This document shows, piece by piece, positions 30,633-39,995 of a stretch of 64,000 bases of DNA (position 1 is its first letter; every line of letters begins with the position of its first letter). This DNA comes from Fibrobacteria bacterium (GTDB lineage Bacteria > Fibrobacterota > Fibrobacteria > UBA11236): NCBI GenBank assembly GCA_043745805.1, contig JAYTSD010000043.1, positions 32,001 through 96,000 on the forward strand, read 5' to 3'. Position numbers and translations under genes: made by a program. Below the pieces are notes generated by a model. That model made no database searches. It was not told the DNA's origin and worked only from the letters and a program-made list of their open reading frames with translations.

Positions 30633-31892
30633 TTAAAGGCTTTCTTTGGTGGGTAGCGATAAATTATTGATAAGCGATAAGGGGCGTGCGGCGCACCATG
30701 CAATAGCTTGAGCAAAAGTTTTTTGCCAGCGAGAAAAGACTAAGCCCTCGAGATATACTTTTCCTTCAGTAGCAAAAATATTTAAGGCGGTATTTTTCCA
30801 AGGGCCAAAACGGCGTAATGCAGAAGCAACCTTTAGCTCATTAGACTTCTCAATAGAAGTAGGGGCTAAACAAGTAGCAATAGAAGAGTTCAAGCCTTTT
30901 AAGCCCGCAATGCAGCCCAAGTTTTTTTCTAAGGCACGATAGGGAAGCGGTTGACGAGATTTTGCCCATAAACTAACATGCCCATTGCGTATTTGTAAGC
31001 GTATATCAAATAATTCTAAACCATGTGTACAAGACAATAATTTTTGACGAATTAAGGTGGCTAATAAATTATCGGCTAAGGGATGAGGTGGGTTGATAGA
31101 TATTTCATTTAATACGGCTAGAACCTGAGGATGCCTTTCTGTTTTTTCGGCAAACTCTAAGGCCTGTTCTAGGGATTCGCTTTCACCTTGTAAGGTTAGC
31201 ACTCCACTTTCAAAACTCGCACGAAAATTACGAATATGAAATTTTTCCGCTTCTTCGAGGGCTATATTCAACCAAGGTAATTTTATTGAAACAAAAGTTT
31301 TATCAGGTGACTTAGATGTTACCTCTTTAATATTGCCGTTTTCCAGTTGAATGAAAAATATTTTAAGGGGAGCATGTACAATGCCCACTAAAGTTCCTGG
31401 CAAGTTTAGCTCTTCATCGAAAACGGCATCTCCCACGCGACCAGAATCTGTTTGCGAAGGAAAAAGCAAAAACTTTTTTTCCAAAGGCATGGTTTCCCGA
31501 GGAATGGGGGGTAAAAGCATTTCCGCTTTTTCGCCATTCTCTAATTCAAAAGTAAAAGTTTCTTTATCGCCAATACGAAAGCGTGAGGCCACAATTCCTC
31601 TTTGGGAAAACTCAGGGAGAAAAACTTTATCCCTTACAGCTAAACGTGAAAGATGAGGGATTTTAAAAGTGAGCGATGGTTCTTCGGAATATTCGGGGAA
31701 GTCGGTGAAAAAAAGAATTTTTTTAGCCGCGCATTTTTTGCAAATACAAAGCACGCGATGTTTGTTTTGCGATTCACTTTCTTGCCAAGGATGATTTGCC
31801 GCTTGCCGCAAATGTATTTCAACTTGATTGCATGGTGGGCAATAAAGTGAACTAGGTTCTAACTCAAATGTATATCCAGTGATCATTAACAC
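30633..31892 (-). CDS. BON-domain protein with N-terminal Cys-rich and duplicated beta-rich modules
   Basis: CPPC...CKKC, two similar ~42-aa repeats, then GVLTLQG, GHVSL and GKVYLEGLV BON-like segments. Confidence 0.65.
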   Translation of the reverse strand: MLMITGYTFELEPSSLYCPPCNQVEIHLRQAANHPWQESESQNKHRVLCICKKCAAKKILFFTDFPEYSEEPSLTFKIPHLSRLAVRDKVFLPEFSQRGIVASRFRIGDKETFTFELENGEKAEMLLPPIPRETMPLEKKFLLFPSQTDSGRVGDAVFDEELNLPGTLVGIVHAPLKIFFIQLENGNIKEVTSKSPDKTFVSIKLPWLNIALEEAEKFHIRNFRASFESGVLTLQGESESLEQALEFAEKTERHPQVLAVLNEISINPPHPLADNLLATLIRQKLLSCTHGLELFDIRLQIRNGHVSLWAKSRQPLPYRALEKNLGCIAGLKGLNSSIATCLAPTSIEKSNELKVASALRRFGPWKNTALNIFATEGKVYLEGLVFSRWQKTFAQAIAWCAARPLSLINNLSLPTKESL

Positions 31893-32005
31893 ACTTTCAT
31901 TATACAGTATGGATACTCTTCATGAAAAGTCCAAAGAAGTAATATTTAATATACATGTACTACTCAGAAAAGAACTAGGGTCTTTTAACCCTATCCTAGT
32001 AGGCC

Positions 32006-33466
32006 TTAAACGTTTCGCATGTCCTCTAGGGTTTTAACCATCCGGCGCAAAACCCTTTCTTTTCCTAAAGCCGCCATTAACTCGAAGAGTCCGGGACCAA
32101 AGGATATTCCTGAAATGGCTAAGCGAGTGGGATGAATAAGGTCGCCACCTTTGAGACTTAGCTTCTCGGCAAGCTGGCGATAAATAGGTTCTAAGTCACC
32201 CGAGTTAAAGGAATTTAAGGGCTTTATGTCTTGAATTAAATTCTCTAAAACCTTAATCCCAGTTTCATTGAAATACTTTTTCTTGGCTTTTTCTTCATAT
32301 ACAGTAGGCTCTTGGAAAAAATATAACCCAAACTCCACAAAATCGGGAAGGCGCTTGGAGCGATCTTTAAGCAGGCGAATGGCTTCATGAAAATAAGCGT
32401 CGCTAAATTGGCTAAAATCCACACCAGCTTTTTCATACAAGGGTTTAACCAAGGGCAGAAAATATTCCACACTACGTTGCAGGAAATATTGTCCATTCAA
32501 CCATTCGAGTTTTTTTTCATCGAACATGGCGCTTTTGGGATTTACTTTTTCGAGCGTAAATCTTTGGATTAAAACATCCATTTCCATGAATTCTTGATCG
32601 TTGCCTGGACTCCAGCCTAATAGCGAGAGAAAGTTCACCAGGGTTTCGGGTAAATAGCCGAGATCGCGATAATCTCCCACCGACGCCGCACCCTTACGCT
32701 TACTGAGCTTGCCGCCGCCTTCAGCTAAAATAATGGGTAAATGCACAAAAATAGGAGGTTCCCAACCTAAGGCTTGATAAATAAGCACATGCCGTGGCGT
32801 ACTGGGAATCCATTCATCTCCACGTAACACATGTGAAATTTCCATAAAATGATCATCGATGACATTCGCTAAATGATAGGTGGGGAAGCCATCGCTTTTG
32901 AGCAAAACCATATCGTCGAGAACGCGGTTTTGATATTCAATTTTGCCACGAACCAAATCATTGAAGACAGTATTTCCGTTGAAAGGAGCTTTGAGTCGAA
33001 CGGTATATTTTTCACCGGCAGTAATACGTTCTTTGCCTACTTCAGGAGGGAGGTTTCTACAGCGTCTATCATAACTTGGAGGCAAACTATTGGCCTTTTG
33101 TTGTTCCCGCAATTCATCGAGGCGCTGGGTAGTGCAAAAACACGGATAGGCATGGCCGCCATCAATCATTTGCTGCGCATATTTTTGATAAAGTGGTAAG
33201 CGTTGCGATTGGAAATAAGGGGCATGCGGCCCACCAACTTCAGGGCCTTCATCCCATTGGAGGCCGAGCCATTTGAGATCGGCAATGAGTTCTATTAAGG
33301 CTTTTTCATCATAACGGGTTTGATCGGTATCTTCAATGCGCAGAAGGAAATCACCGCCCATATTTTTGGCGAATAAATAATTAAAAATGGCTGTGCGTGC
33401 GCCGCCAACATGCAGATAACCTGTGGGGCTTGGTGCAAACCTCACGCGAACTCTTTTTTGTGACAT
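32006..33466 (-). CDS. gltX: Glutamate--tRNA ligase
   Basis: RFAPSPTGYLHVGG (HIGH), RIEDTD, KLSKR (KMSKS). Confidence 0.98.
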   Translation of the reverse strand: MSQKRVRVRFAPSPTGYLHVGGARTAIFNYLFAKNMGGDFLLRIEDTDQTRYDEKALIELIADLKWLGLQWDEGPEVGGPHAPYFQSQRLPLYQKYAQQMIDGGHAYPCFCTTQRLDELREQQKANSLPPSYDRRCRNLPPEVGKERITAGEKYTVRLKAPFNGNTVFNDLVRGKIEYQNRVLDDMVLLKSDGFPTYHLANVIDDHFMEISHVLRGDEWIPSTPRHVLIYQALGWEPPIFVHLPIILAEGGGKLSKRKGAASVGDYRDLGYLPETLVNFLSLLGWSPGNDQEFMEMDVLIQRFTLEKVNPKSAMFDEKKLEWLNGQYFLQRSVEYFLPLVKPLYEKAGVDFSQFSDAYFHEAIRLLKDRSKRLPDFVEFGLYFFQEPTVYEEKAKKKYFNETGIKVLENLIQDIKPLNSFNSGDLEPIYRQLAEKLSLKGGDLIHPTRLAISGISFGPGLFELMAALGKERVLRRMVKTLEDMRNV

Positions 33467-33649
33467 AGGGAACCTTAAAGCTTTTGCAATGATTTTCTGG
33501 TTAAATGCGATGGGGATTTGCCGACGTAAATAACCAGATGTAATTAGGTGCGCAGGCCTTTTAGCTCTGCTGCGGCTGGAAATTTACATCCGTCTGGCGG
33601 AACTCGTCAATTGCGGTTTGCTGTGGATGGGCATTAGGTTTTGGTGGCT

Positions 33650-34621
33650 TTAAAGCGGAGGATTTTTCACAAATTTATATTCTGCAAAACGCTTGTCGCC
33701 TTGCTTTAATAAATAGCCCTCTTTTACACCCTTTGCTAAATCGCGACTCGCGGTTAAAGGGGCAAGGATTTTTAGTCCATGCAGGTATTGTTTACGAGTG
33801 AATAATTTTTTACCGAACCGTTGAAAGGCAATTTGCAAGCGATCGTTATTTTTAATTGGAATGCGTTTTGAGGAATGCTGAACAGCTAAAGCTTGATCAA
33901 TAATGCCTAACATAAATTCAATAAAGGATGTGGAATGCCCTTGTTTATCGGATTGAGATAAAGCGTGATAATATCGAATTTGATTTTCTTTGATCAAAGT
34001 TTCTAAAGGCAGATATTCAAAAATCGGATATTCCTGCATTAATAAAACGGTTTGCCAAAATCGCCCCATTCGTCCATTACCATCCATAAAAGGATGAATA
34101 AATTCCATTTCATAATGGAATACACAACTTTTAATTAATAATGGATCCTTATTGGTTTTAAGGTATGAAAACAGATTTTTCATTTGTGCGGGTACTAATT
34201 GACTAGGCGGTGCAAGATGAGAGACGGCGGAACCTTTTAAAATACCCACCGCCGATTTTCGAAATTGACCTAGGTTATGGATTAAGCCTGCCATAAGAAT
34301 TTCATGTGCGTGTAAAAATGCTTTTAAATCAAAGGGTTTGAATGTGTTCGCTTGCGAATAAAGACTAATAGCGTTTTGAACTTCGAGAATATCTTTTTTG
34401 GGACCCAATACGCGCTTACACTCAAATAGGGCTGTGACCTGATCGATGGATAGGGTATTGCCTTCAATTTGCAAGGACGCTTGAATGGTTTTAATGCGAT
34501 TCTTTTTGCGAAGTTCAGGATGCGTTTTGTTTAGCGTAGCCGTTTGGATTTCACCCAGCTTATGTGAAATGGACATGATTTGCTGTAAAATTTTTTGCGT
34601 AGCTTGATAAGGCGGCTTCAT
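33650..34621 (-). CDS. Fic family protein (class II) with C-terminal winged-helix-like domain
   Basis: HPFMDGNGRMGR catalytic motif, N-terminal SLQIEGN inhibitory motif, C-terminal TASRDL. Confidence 0.92.
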   Translation of the reverse strand: MKPPYQATQKILQQIMSISHKLGEIQTATLNKTHPELRKKNRIKTIQASLQIEGNTLSIDQVTALFECKRVLGPKKDILEVQNAISLYSQANTFKPFDLKAFLHAHEILMAGLIHNLGQFRKSAVGILKGSAVSHLAPPSQLVPAQMKNLFSYLKTNKDPLLIKSCVFHYEMEFIHPFMDGNGRMGRFWQTVLLMQEYPIFEYLPLETLIKENQIRYYHALSQSDKQGHSTSFIEFMLGIIDQALAVQHSSKRIPIKNNDRLQIAFQRFGKKLFTRKQYLHGLKILAPLTASRDLAKGVKEGYLLKQGDKRFAEYKFVKNPPL

Positions 34622-34627
34622 ACAACA

Positions 34628-34670
34628 AGATTAATGTTTTTATTTGATAATATCAATTGATATTATCAAA
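34628..34670 (-). promoter_or_regulatory. fic promoter with overlapping 28-bp perfect palindrome
   Basis: Minus strand TTGATA-17 nt-TAATCT-6 nt-ATG; palindrome TTTGATAATATCAATTGATATTATCAAA at 34643-34670. Confidence 0.7.
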
Positions 34671-34693
34671 ATTTTGATTTTAGAGTTGGGGAT

Positions 34694-36462
34694 TTAATGC
34701 GAAACAGTGAATGTTTGAGTGAAGCTTTTATTGTCGGCTTTTAGTTCAAGAATGTATTGGCCTAGCGGGAGTTTGTTTATTGCGAGGCTACCTTCGTTTC
34801 CGTGTAAGGTTATGGTGCGGTTTAGAATTGCCTTTTGGCCGGACGGTGTGTAAATGTTGGCTTGTATGGGTTTGTTTTGTGACGTTGTAGGGATGGAAAA
34901 GGAAAGTGTGTTATGGGTAACATGTAGGGAAAAGTTGGTTTTTGGGGTTTGATGGGGAGTGATGGAGAGAGGATCTTGTGGGGAAGTAATGATTGTGCCA
35001 TCATTTCCAACTGCTACGAATTGCGTACCGGTCCAAGCTATGGATGATATTCCACCAACACTTAAACTCCTAATTGTCCAGCTGATACCATCGGGTGAGG
35101 TAAGAATCTTATTACTACTCTGAGCTACGATTAGATTTCCAGTCCAAATAATAGAATTCAGAAGTGCTGTTGTTCCTGAAATTCTTTTAGTCCAATTTAT
35201 TCCATTAGGCGAAGTGAGAATTGTATCCGCATTGGTAGTTGCTACGATTTGTGACCCAGTCCAAGAAACTCTGAGGAGATCAAAGGATTTTTTTGAATTT
35301 CGAATAGTCCAACTCAGTCCATCTGGGGAAGTAAGAATTGTTCCGAATATTCCTACGGCTACGAATTGATTCCCTGTCCATGTCACGGAAAGAAGTCCAA
35401 AATCCGCTCCTGAATTATTATTAGTCCAATTGACACCGTCTAATGAAGTTAGAATCGTGCCTACACCTACAATTACATACTTGGTACCTGTCCAAACTAT
35501 GGAGTTTAATTTTCCATTTAGTTTCACTGGATTTGGTTTCCTAATTATGCCATCAGATGAGCTATTGATCGACCATTTCACATTACTATTTTCGAGATCT
35601 GCACCCAATGCAATCAAATTGGTTCCATTCCAAATTATTGAGCTTAAATAGGGGCCCGTTAAAGCATTTTTTCTATTAGTCCAAGTAATTCCGTCAGGTG
35701 AAGTAATGATTTTATTTGAATCACCCACTGCTACAAATTGGGTGCCGGTCCACGTTACTGACGAAATACCTTTTGTTGCTTCCGAACTTCTATTGCTCCA
35801 AAGAAGGCCGTCGGGAGATGTAAAGATTGAATTATTACCAATTGCTAAAAGTTGGTTTCCATTCCAGGTTATAAAGAATAGAACCTCTAGTAATCCCGAA
35901 TTCCGCTTTTTCCAGGTAATGCCGTTTACTGAGGTGAGAATTGTATCACGACTCACGGCGACAAATTCTTTTCCTGTCCAAGTTATTGAAGATATTTCAT
36001 CAGCTAAACTGGAAGACCTCTTTGTCCAAGTGACGCCGTCATTAGAAGTAAGTATGGCGCCATTTGTAGTCTCATTAACTGCATCAATACCAACGACAAC
36101 AAGCAAATTAGCTGAAGATGTGACAGAGAAAAGGTTACAAATTAGTCCGGAAATTCTTGGTGTCCAATTAATACCGTTTGGAGAGGTTAGAATTACTCCA
36201 TTCCTTCCAACGGCTACTAATTGATTTCCCGTCCAAGTAACGCTAAATATCCAAGTTGCCACGCCAGATTTTCTATTTGTCCAAGAAGCCCACCGAACAG
36301 AGGTAACTCACAGGTTATGTCAAAGACATAATTTGATTTAATTTGTATTGATGACCAATTGAACGTCTTTTTCGAATTCAAAACAAAAACAAGACCTTAA
36401 ATGGATTTGCCAACGGATAATCCGATTAAGCACAAAATTAAATTCGAAAATCTTTGAAGCAC
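34694..36462 (-). pseudogene. Asp-box/BNR-type repeat beta-propeller protein with T9SS-like C-terminal domain; 5' end appears disrupted
   Basis: ORF 36262-34694 has about 10 repeats of SVTWTG.QFVAVG..GTILTSPDG..W and a C-terminal IYTPSGQ...LPLGQYIL domain but no signal peptide. Repeat sequence continues in frame upstream to TGA at 36308-36310. A signal-peptide-like stretch starts at GTG 36462 in another frame and stops at 36397-36399. Confidence 0.6.
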
Positions 36463-36507
36463 GAAAATGATTATGAGGGCGTCATTAGCAAAAGAATTTT
36501 TCCGGTC

Positions 36508-36594
36508 AGGAGAGAGGGGGATTCGAACCCCCGGTACCTTTAACAGCACAACGATTTAGCAAACCGTCGCCTTAAACCGCTCGGCCATCTCTCC
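36508..36594 (-). tRNA. tRNA-Ser(GCT)
   Basis: GGAGAGATGGCCGAGCGG...anticodon loop TTGCTAA, long variable arm, GGTTCGAATCC, TCTCTCC; no encoded CCA. Confidence 0.95.
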
Positions 36595-36791
36595 CGACCT
36601 GGGAAAAGCTCCACATTTCTGCGGAACAAGAGTGTGCAAGTATAGTTAAACCCTTTTTCTCCTTAAAGGTGAAAGCTTTACGATTTTTGCAAAAGTCCCA
36701 GAATAGCCACCTAGGTTAGGCTTCCTCTTTTGTACTTTTGTAGGCATTTGAATCTTTTATTTCCATTTTCTTTGAAAGGGTATTTTCCAGA

Positions 36792-39700
36792 GTGAAGATC
36801 CGTAATTTTTTCTTTGTCTTGACCTTGGCTTTATTAGGGTTTGCTGTGGTAGCTGCGGGTGGGGGATTTTTCGCCTTTAAATATTTATCCTCTGAGGATA
36901 GCAGCGACGCTAAAATTTTTACCAAGGAAGGTATAATGCAAATACTTTCCATGGAAAGTACAGTCTACTATGCTGATGGCAAAACTAAATTAGGCACTTT
37001 TTTTGAAGGCTCGCATCGCGATTATGTGCCTTTTGATTCTATTCCTCCTCGCATTCCCGAAGCTTTGGTGGCGGCGGAAGATCATAACTTTTTTCAACAT
37101 GGTGGCGTGGACTATAAAGCCATTGCCTATGCGATGCTCGATAATGTTAAATCGGGAAGCTTGCATCGCGGCGGAAGTACGCTAACCCAACAAACCGCAA
37201 AGATTTTATTTAATCGCAAAGGACGTACCATTGGGGGCAAATTTAAAGAGCTATTTAATGCTTTTAAATTGGAAAAACATTTTACCAAAAAAGAAATTTT
37301 AGAATTTTATTTGAATCAATTTTATGTGAGTGGCAATGGTCATGGTGTGCGCATTGCGGCGCGGTATTTTTTCAATAAAGAATTAGCCGATCTTAATTTA
37401 TTGGAATGTGCTTTTATTGCGGGATCGGTTAAAGGACCCAATCAATACAATCCTTTTATTCAAGAGACACCGGCGAAGAAGCAAAAGGCCTTAGAGAAGG
37501 CGCAGTATCGTGTAGCTTATGTTTTGAAACAATTAGCGAAAGATAAAAAAATTACTGCTGCGGAATATGCTGCGGCTTCAAAACAAAAATTGGAATTTAA
37601 AAAAGGTAGTTTTCAATTTTCGCTTTCTACGAATATGGTGCAAGTAAAGCATATTTTGGAAACACCTCGATTACAGAAAATTTTAGAGCAAAATGATGTG
37701 CAAGATTATATGTCGGATGGACTACAAATCTTTTCGACTTTAGATGCCGATTTACAAAAAGCTGCAGAGTACGCCACTAATCATAACTTATCGCGTTTAG
37801 AAATTTTATTAAAAGGATATATTCCACCCAAAGAAAAAGTTCCCAATTTGGTGAGTCGTTTTCAAGCTGGCAATTTTTATATAGGTCGCGTAAACTCCAT
37901 TCGCTATGACAAAAAAACACCGACGAGTTTAGAATTAGAGTTCGGTTCATCGAAAGGAATTATTGGTTCCGAAGCTTTAAATGAGTTTTTGCAAAATTGG
38001 AATATGCATGAACAAGGCTCTGCGGCTTTGCCCACTGCCGCCGTTCGAGCGGATATAATCAAAAAATTATTTTCTCCTGGAAGTCTGGTGTATTGTTCGG
38101 TTCCTTATCAATATTTTAAGGGTGACATTCCGGATACCCTGCAAAATAGTTTACGTATCGAAATGAAGCCGGTTATACAAGGTGGCTTACAAGTTTTGCA
38201 AGAAGGTAAGGTATTGGCGAATGTAGGTGGATTTGAAAATACCGGTTATGATAGAGTGAATCAAGCGAAGCGACAATTTGGTTCTGCATTCAAGCCCTTA
38301 GTTTTTGCAGCGGCTTTGGAACAAGGTTGGAGTCCCTTGGATGCTCTGGCAAACTTTCGTCAGCTCTTTCGTATTGGCAGCTTATTTTATTTCCCTAAAC
38401 CCGACCATGCTCCCGAAGACACCGTGAGTATGGCTTGGGCGGGACGACGTTCAGAAAATTTAGCGAGCATTTATTTATTAGCGCATCTTTTTGATAAATC
38501 CAAATTTGCGGGTTTTTGGGAAACCGCACGCAAGGTAGGTGGGTCGCCAGAAAATTTTTCCATGCAAAATGAGTTTGAAATTTTTGTGCGTGACTCTTTA
38601 GGATTAATTTTGGATGAAGAACATTTGCGTGAAATCGCTTACCAAAAAGAAATCGGTGACATTGCTATTGATTTAACTTTTGAAGGAAAAGTGGGGGAAG
38701 CCGAAGCGTTACGTAATTTGCCTTATGGCTGGGGCTTTAACCATGAAGCCGAAAAGTATGCCAGTTCCGAAGATAAAGAAGCTCGTCTGCGTTACCGTAT
38801 CCTGAGTAAAAATTATTCGAATTATTTACGCAAAGCGCATGCTTGGGTGAATCGTGACTCTTCACATTATAAACCTATTATTGCGCGGCAAGTTGCCTCT
38901 TCAAATATTGGCTTCTTTGAAAAAACACCGGATTCGAATTGGACGCTTGCTAATACCTCGGAAGCATGGTTGCAAAGTGATTCTTTGCTTGTGGAAGGGC
39001 AAGTGAGTTTAGCCACTTTAAAAAAAGTGGAAGCTAAGGTGCGTGCTAAGATTCAGAATAATGATGGCAGTCCTTATACTAAAGAAAATCTTTTCGCCTC
39101 TTCCGATTTCCGCGCTTTGTTAGCGCTTCGGTATGTGGTTTATTTTAGTCATCAATTGGGAATTGCTTCGCGCCTCGATCCGGTGATCTCTTTTCCATTA
39201 GGCACTAATGTCATTAATTTAGCCGAGGCCGTGAATGCCTATCAGGCTTTAAAGGATGGCTATGTGTACAAAAGTAAAACCGGCGAAAATCAAATGTTCA
39301 TTCAAAAAATTTGTTTGCGCGATGGCACCGTGATTTGGGAAGACGAATTGCAAAGAGATAAAGTGATTAGTGATAAAACTCGCTACGGTTTGGAAGCAAT
39401 TTTGGGTAGTGTTGTAAAAGGAGGCACCGGCCAACAAATTTATAAGGAGTTAAAAGTTTTTGGGGGAGGTAAAAATGGAGCAGGAAATTTAGAACTTTCT
39501 ATTCCAGCCTATGGCAAAACAGGAACGACTAATGATTATAAGAATGGAGCCTTTTTGGGCTTTGTAGCGGCGCCGCGAGGCCCGGGTAAAGGCTTTGATA
39601 GTCAAGCGGGATTTTCGATTGGAACTTATGTGGGATTTGATGACAATAGAGTAATGCTACATAAAGGTTTTAAAGGTACCGGTGCCGGTGTGGCTATTCC

Positions 39701-39995
39701 CGCATGGTTGGCGACTGCGAAGGCTTTAGTACAGGTTCAAGATTTTGCTTCGCGTATTGATTTCTTGGATTTAGAGGCGCAAGCGACGGGTGCCGCGCCT
39801 TTATTTCAAATGGAAAAATATTCCAAGTATACGGTGAGTAAGCGTACCGGATTGCCTTTATTGAATAAGGACGAAAACTTTTTGAAATCCACCTTGGGAA
39901 ATTATACCGAAGATATTTCCGATGAAATTTCGGGTAATGAAAATATGACGGGTGATGTGATTCCTTATACACAATTATTAATGAGAGAAGAGTAA
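36792..39995 (+). CDS. Class A penicillin-binding protein (PBP1A-like)
   Basis: TM anchor; GT51 motifs AEDHNF, GGSTLTQQ, ILEFYLN; transpeptidase motifs SAFK, SEN, KTGT. Confidence 0.92.
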   Translation: MKIRNFFFVLTLALLGFAVVAAGGGFFAFKYLSSEDSSDAKIFTKEGIMQILSMESTVYYADGKTKLGTFFEGSHRDYVPFDSIPPRIPEALVAAEDHNFFQHGGVDYKAIAYAMLDNVKSGSLHRGGSTLTQQTAKILFNRKGRTIGGKFKELFNAFKLEKHFTKKEILEFYLNQFYVSGNGHGVRIAARYFFNKELADLNLLECAFIAGSVKGPNQYNPFIQETPAKKQKALEKAQYRVAYVLKQLAKDKKITAAEYAAASKQKLEFKKGSFQFSLSTNMVQVKHILETPRLQKILEQNDVQDYMSDGLQIFSTLDADLQKAAEYATNHNLSRLEILLKGYIPPKEKVPNLVSRFQAGNFYIGRVNSIRYDKKTPTSLELEFGSSKGIIGSEALNEFLQNWNMHEQGSAALPTAAVRADIIKKLFSPGSLVYCSVPYQYFKGDIPDTLQNSLRIEMKPVIQGGLQVLQEGKVLANVGGFENTGYDRVNQAKRQFGSAFKPLVFAAALEQGWSPLDALANFRQLFRIGSLFYFPKPDHAPEDTVSMAWAGRRSENLASIYLLAHLFDKSKFAGFWETARKVGGSPENFSMQNEFEIFVRDSLGLILDEEHLREIAYQKEIGDIAIDLTFEGKVGEAEALRNLPYGWGFNHEAEKYASSEDKEARLRYRILSKNYSNYLRKAHAWVNRDSSHYKPIIARQVASSNIGFFEKTPDSNWTLANTSEAWLQSDSLLVEGQVSLATLKKVEAKVRAKIQNNDGSPYTKENLFASSDFRALLALRYVVYFSHQLGIASRLDPVISFPLGTNVINLAEAVNAYQALKDGYVYKSKTGENQMFIQKICLRDGTVIWEDELQRDKVISDKTRYGLEAILGSVVKGGTGQQIYKELKVFGGGKNGAGNLELSIPAYGKTGTTNDYKNGAFLGFVAAPRGPGKGFDSQAGFSIGTYVGFDDNRVMLHKGFKGTGAGVAIPAWLATAKALVQVQDFASRIDFLDLEAQATGAAPLFQMEKYSKYTVSKRTGLPLLNKDENFLKSTLGNYTEDISDEISGNENMTGDVIPYTQLLMREE

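Noticed and set aside
33467..33649. att site or structured leader upstream of gltX
   Set aside because: No copy of the tRNA-Ser 3' end. The inverted repeats (CTGGTTA/TAACCAG, GATGTAA/TTACATC) are short, overlap each other and overlap a likely promoter (TTGACG-18-TAAATT).
34643..34670. Fur box
   Set aside because: It shares GATAAT but not the 7-1-7 Fur geometry; autoregulation by the adjacent wHTH-bearing Fic is simpler. Not fully excluded.
34694..36262. Repeats in the propeller gene as a DNA-level array or DGR target
   Set aside because: The repeats are conserved at protein level with divergent codons; no reverse transcriptase or template repeat is seen.
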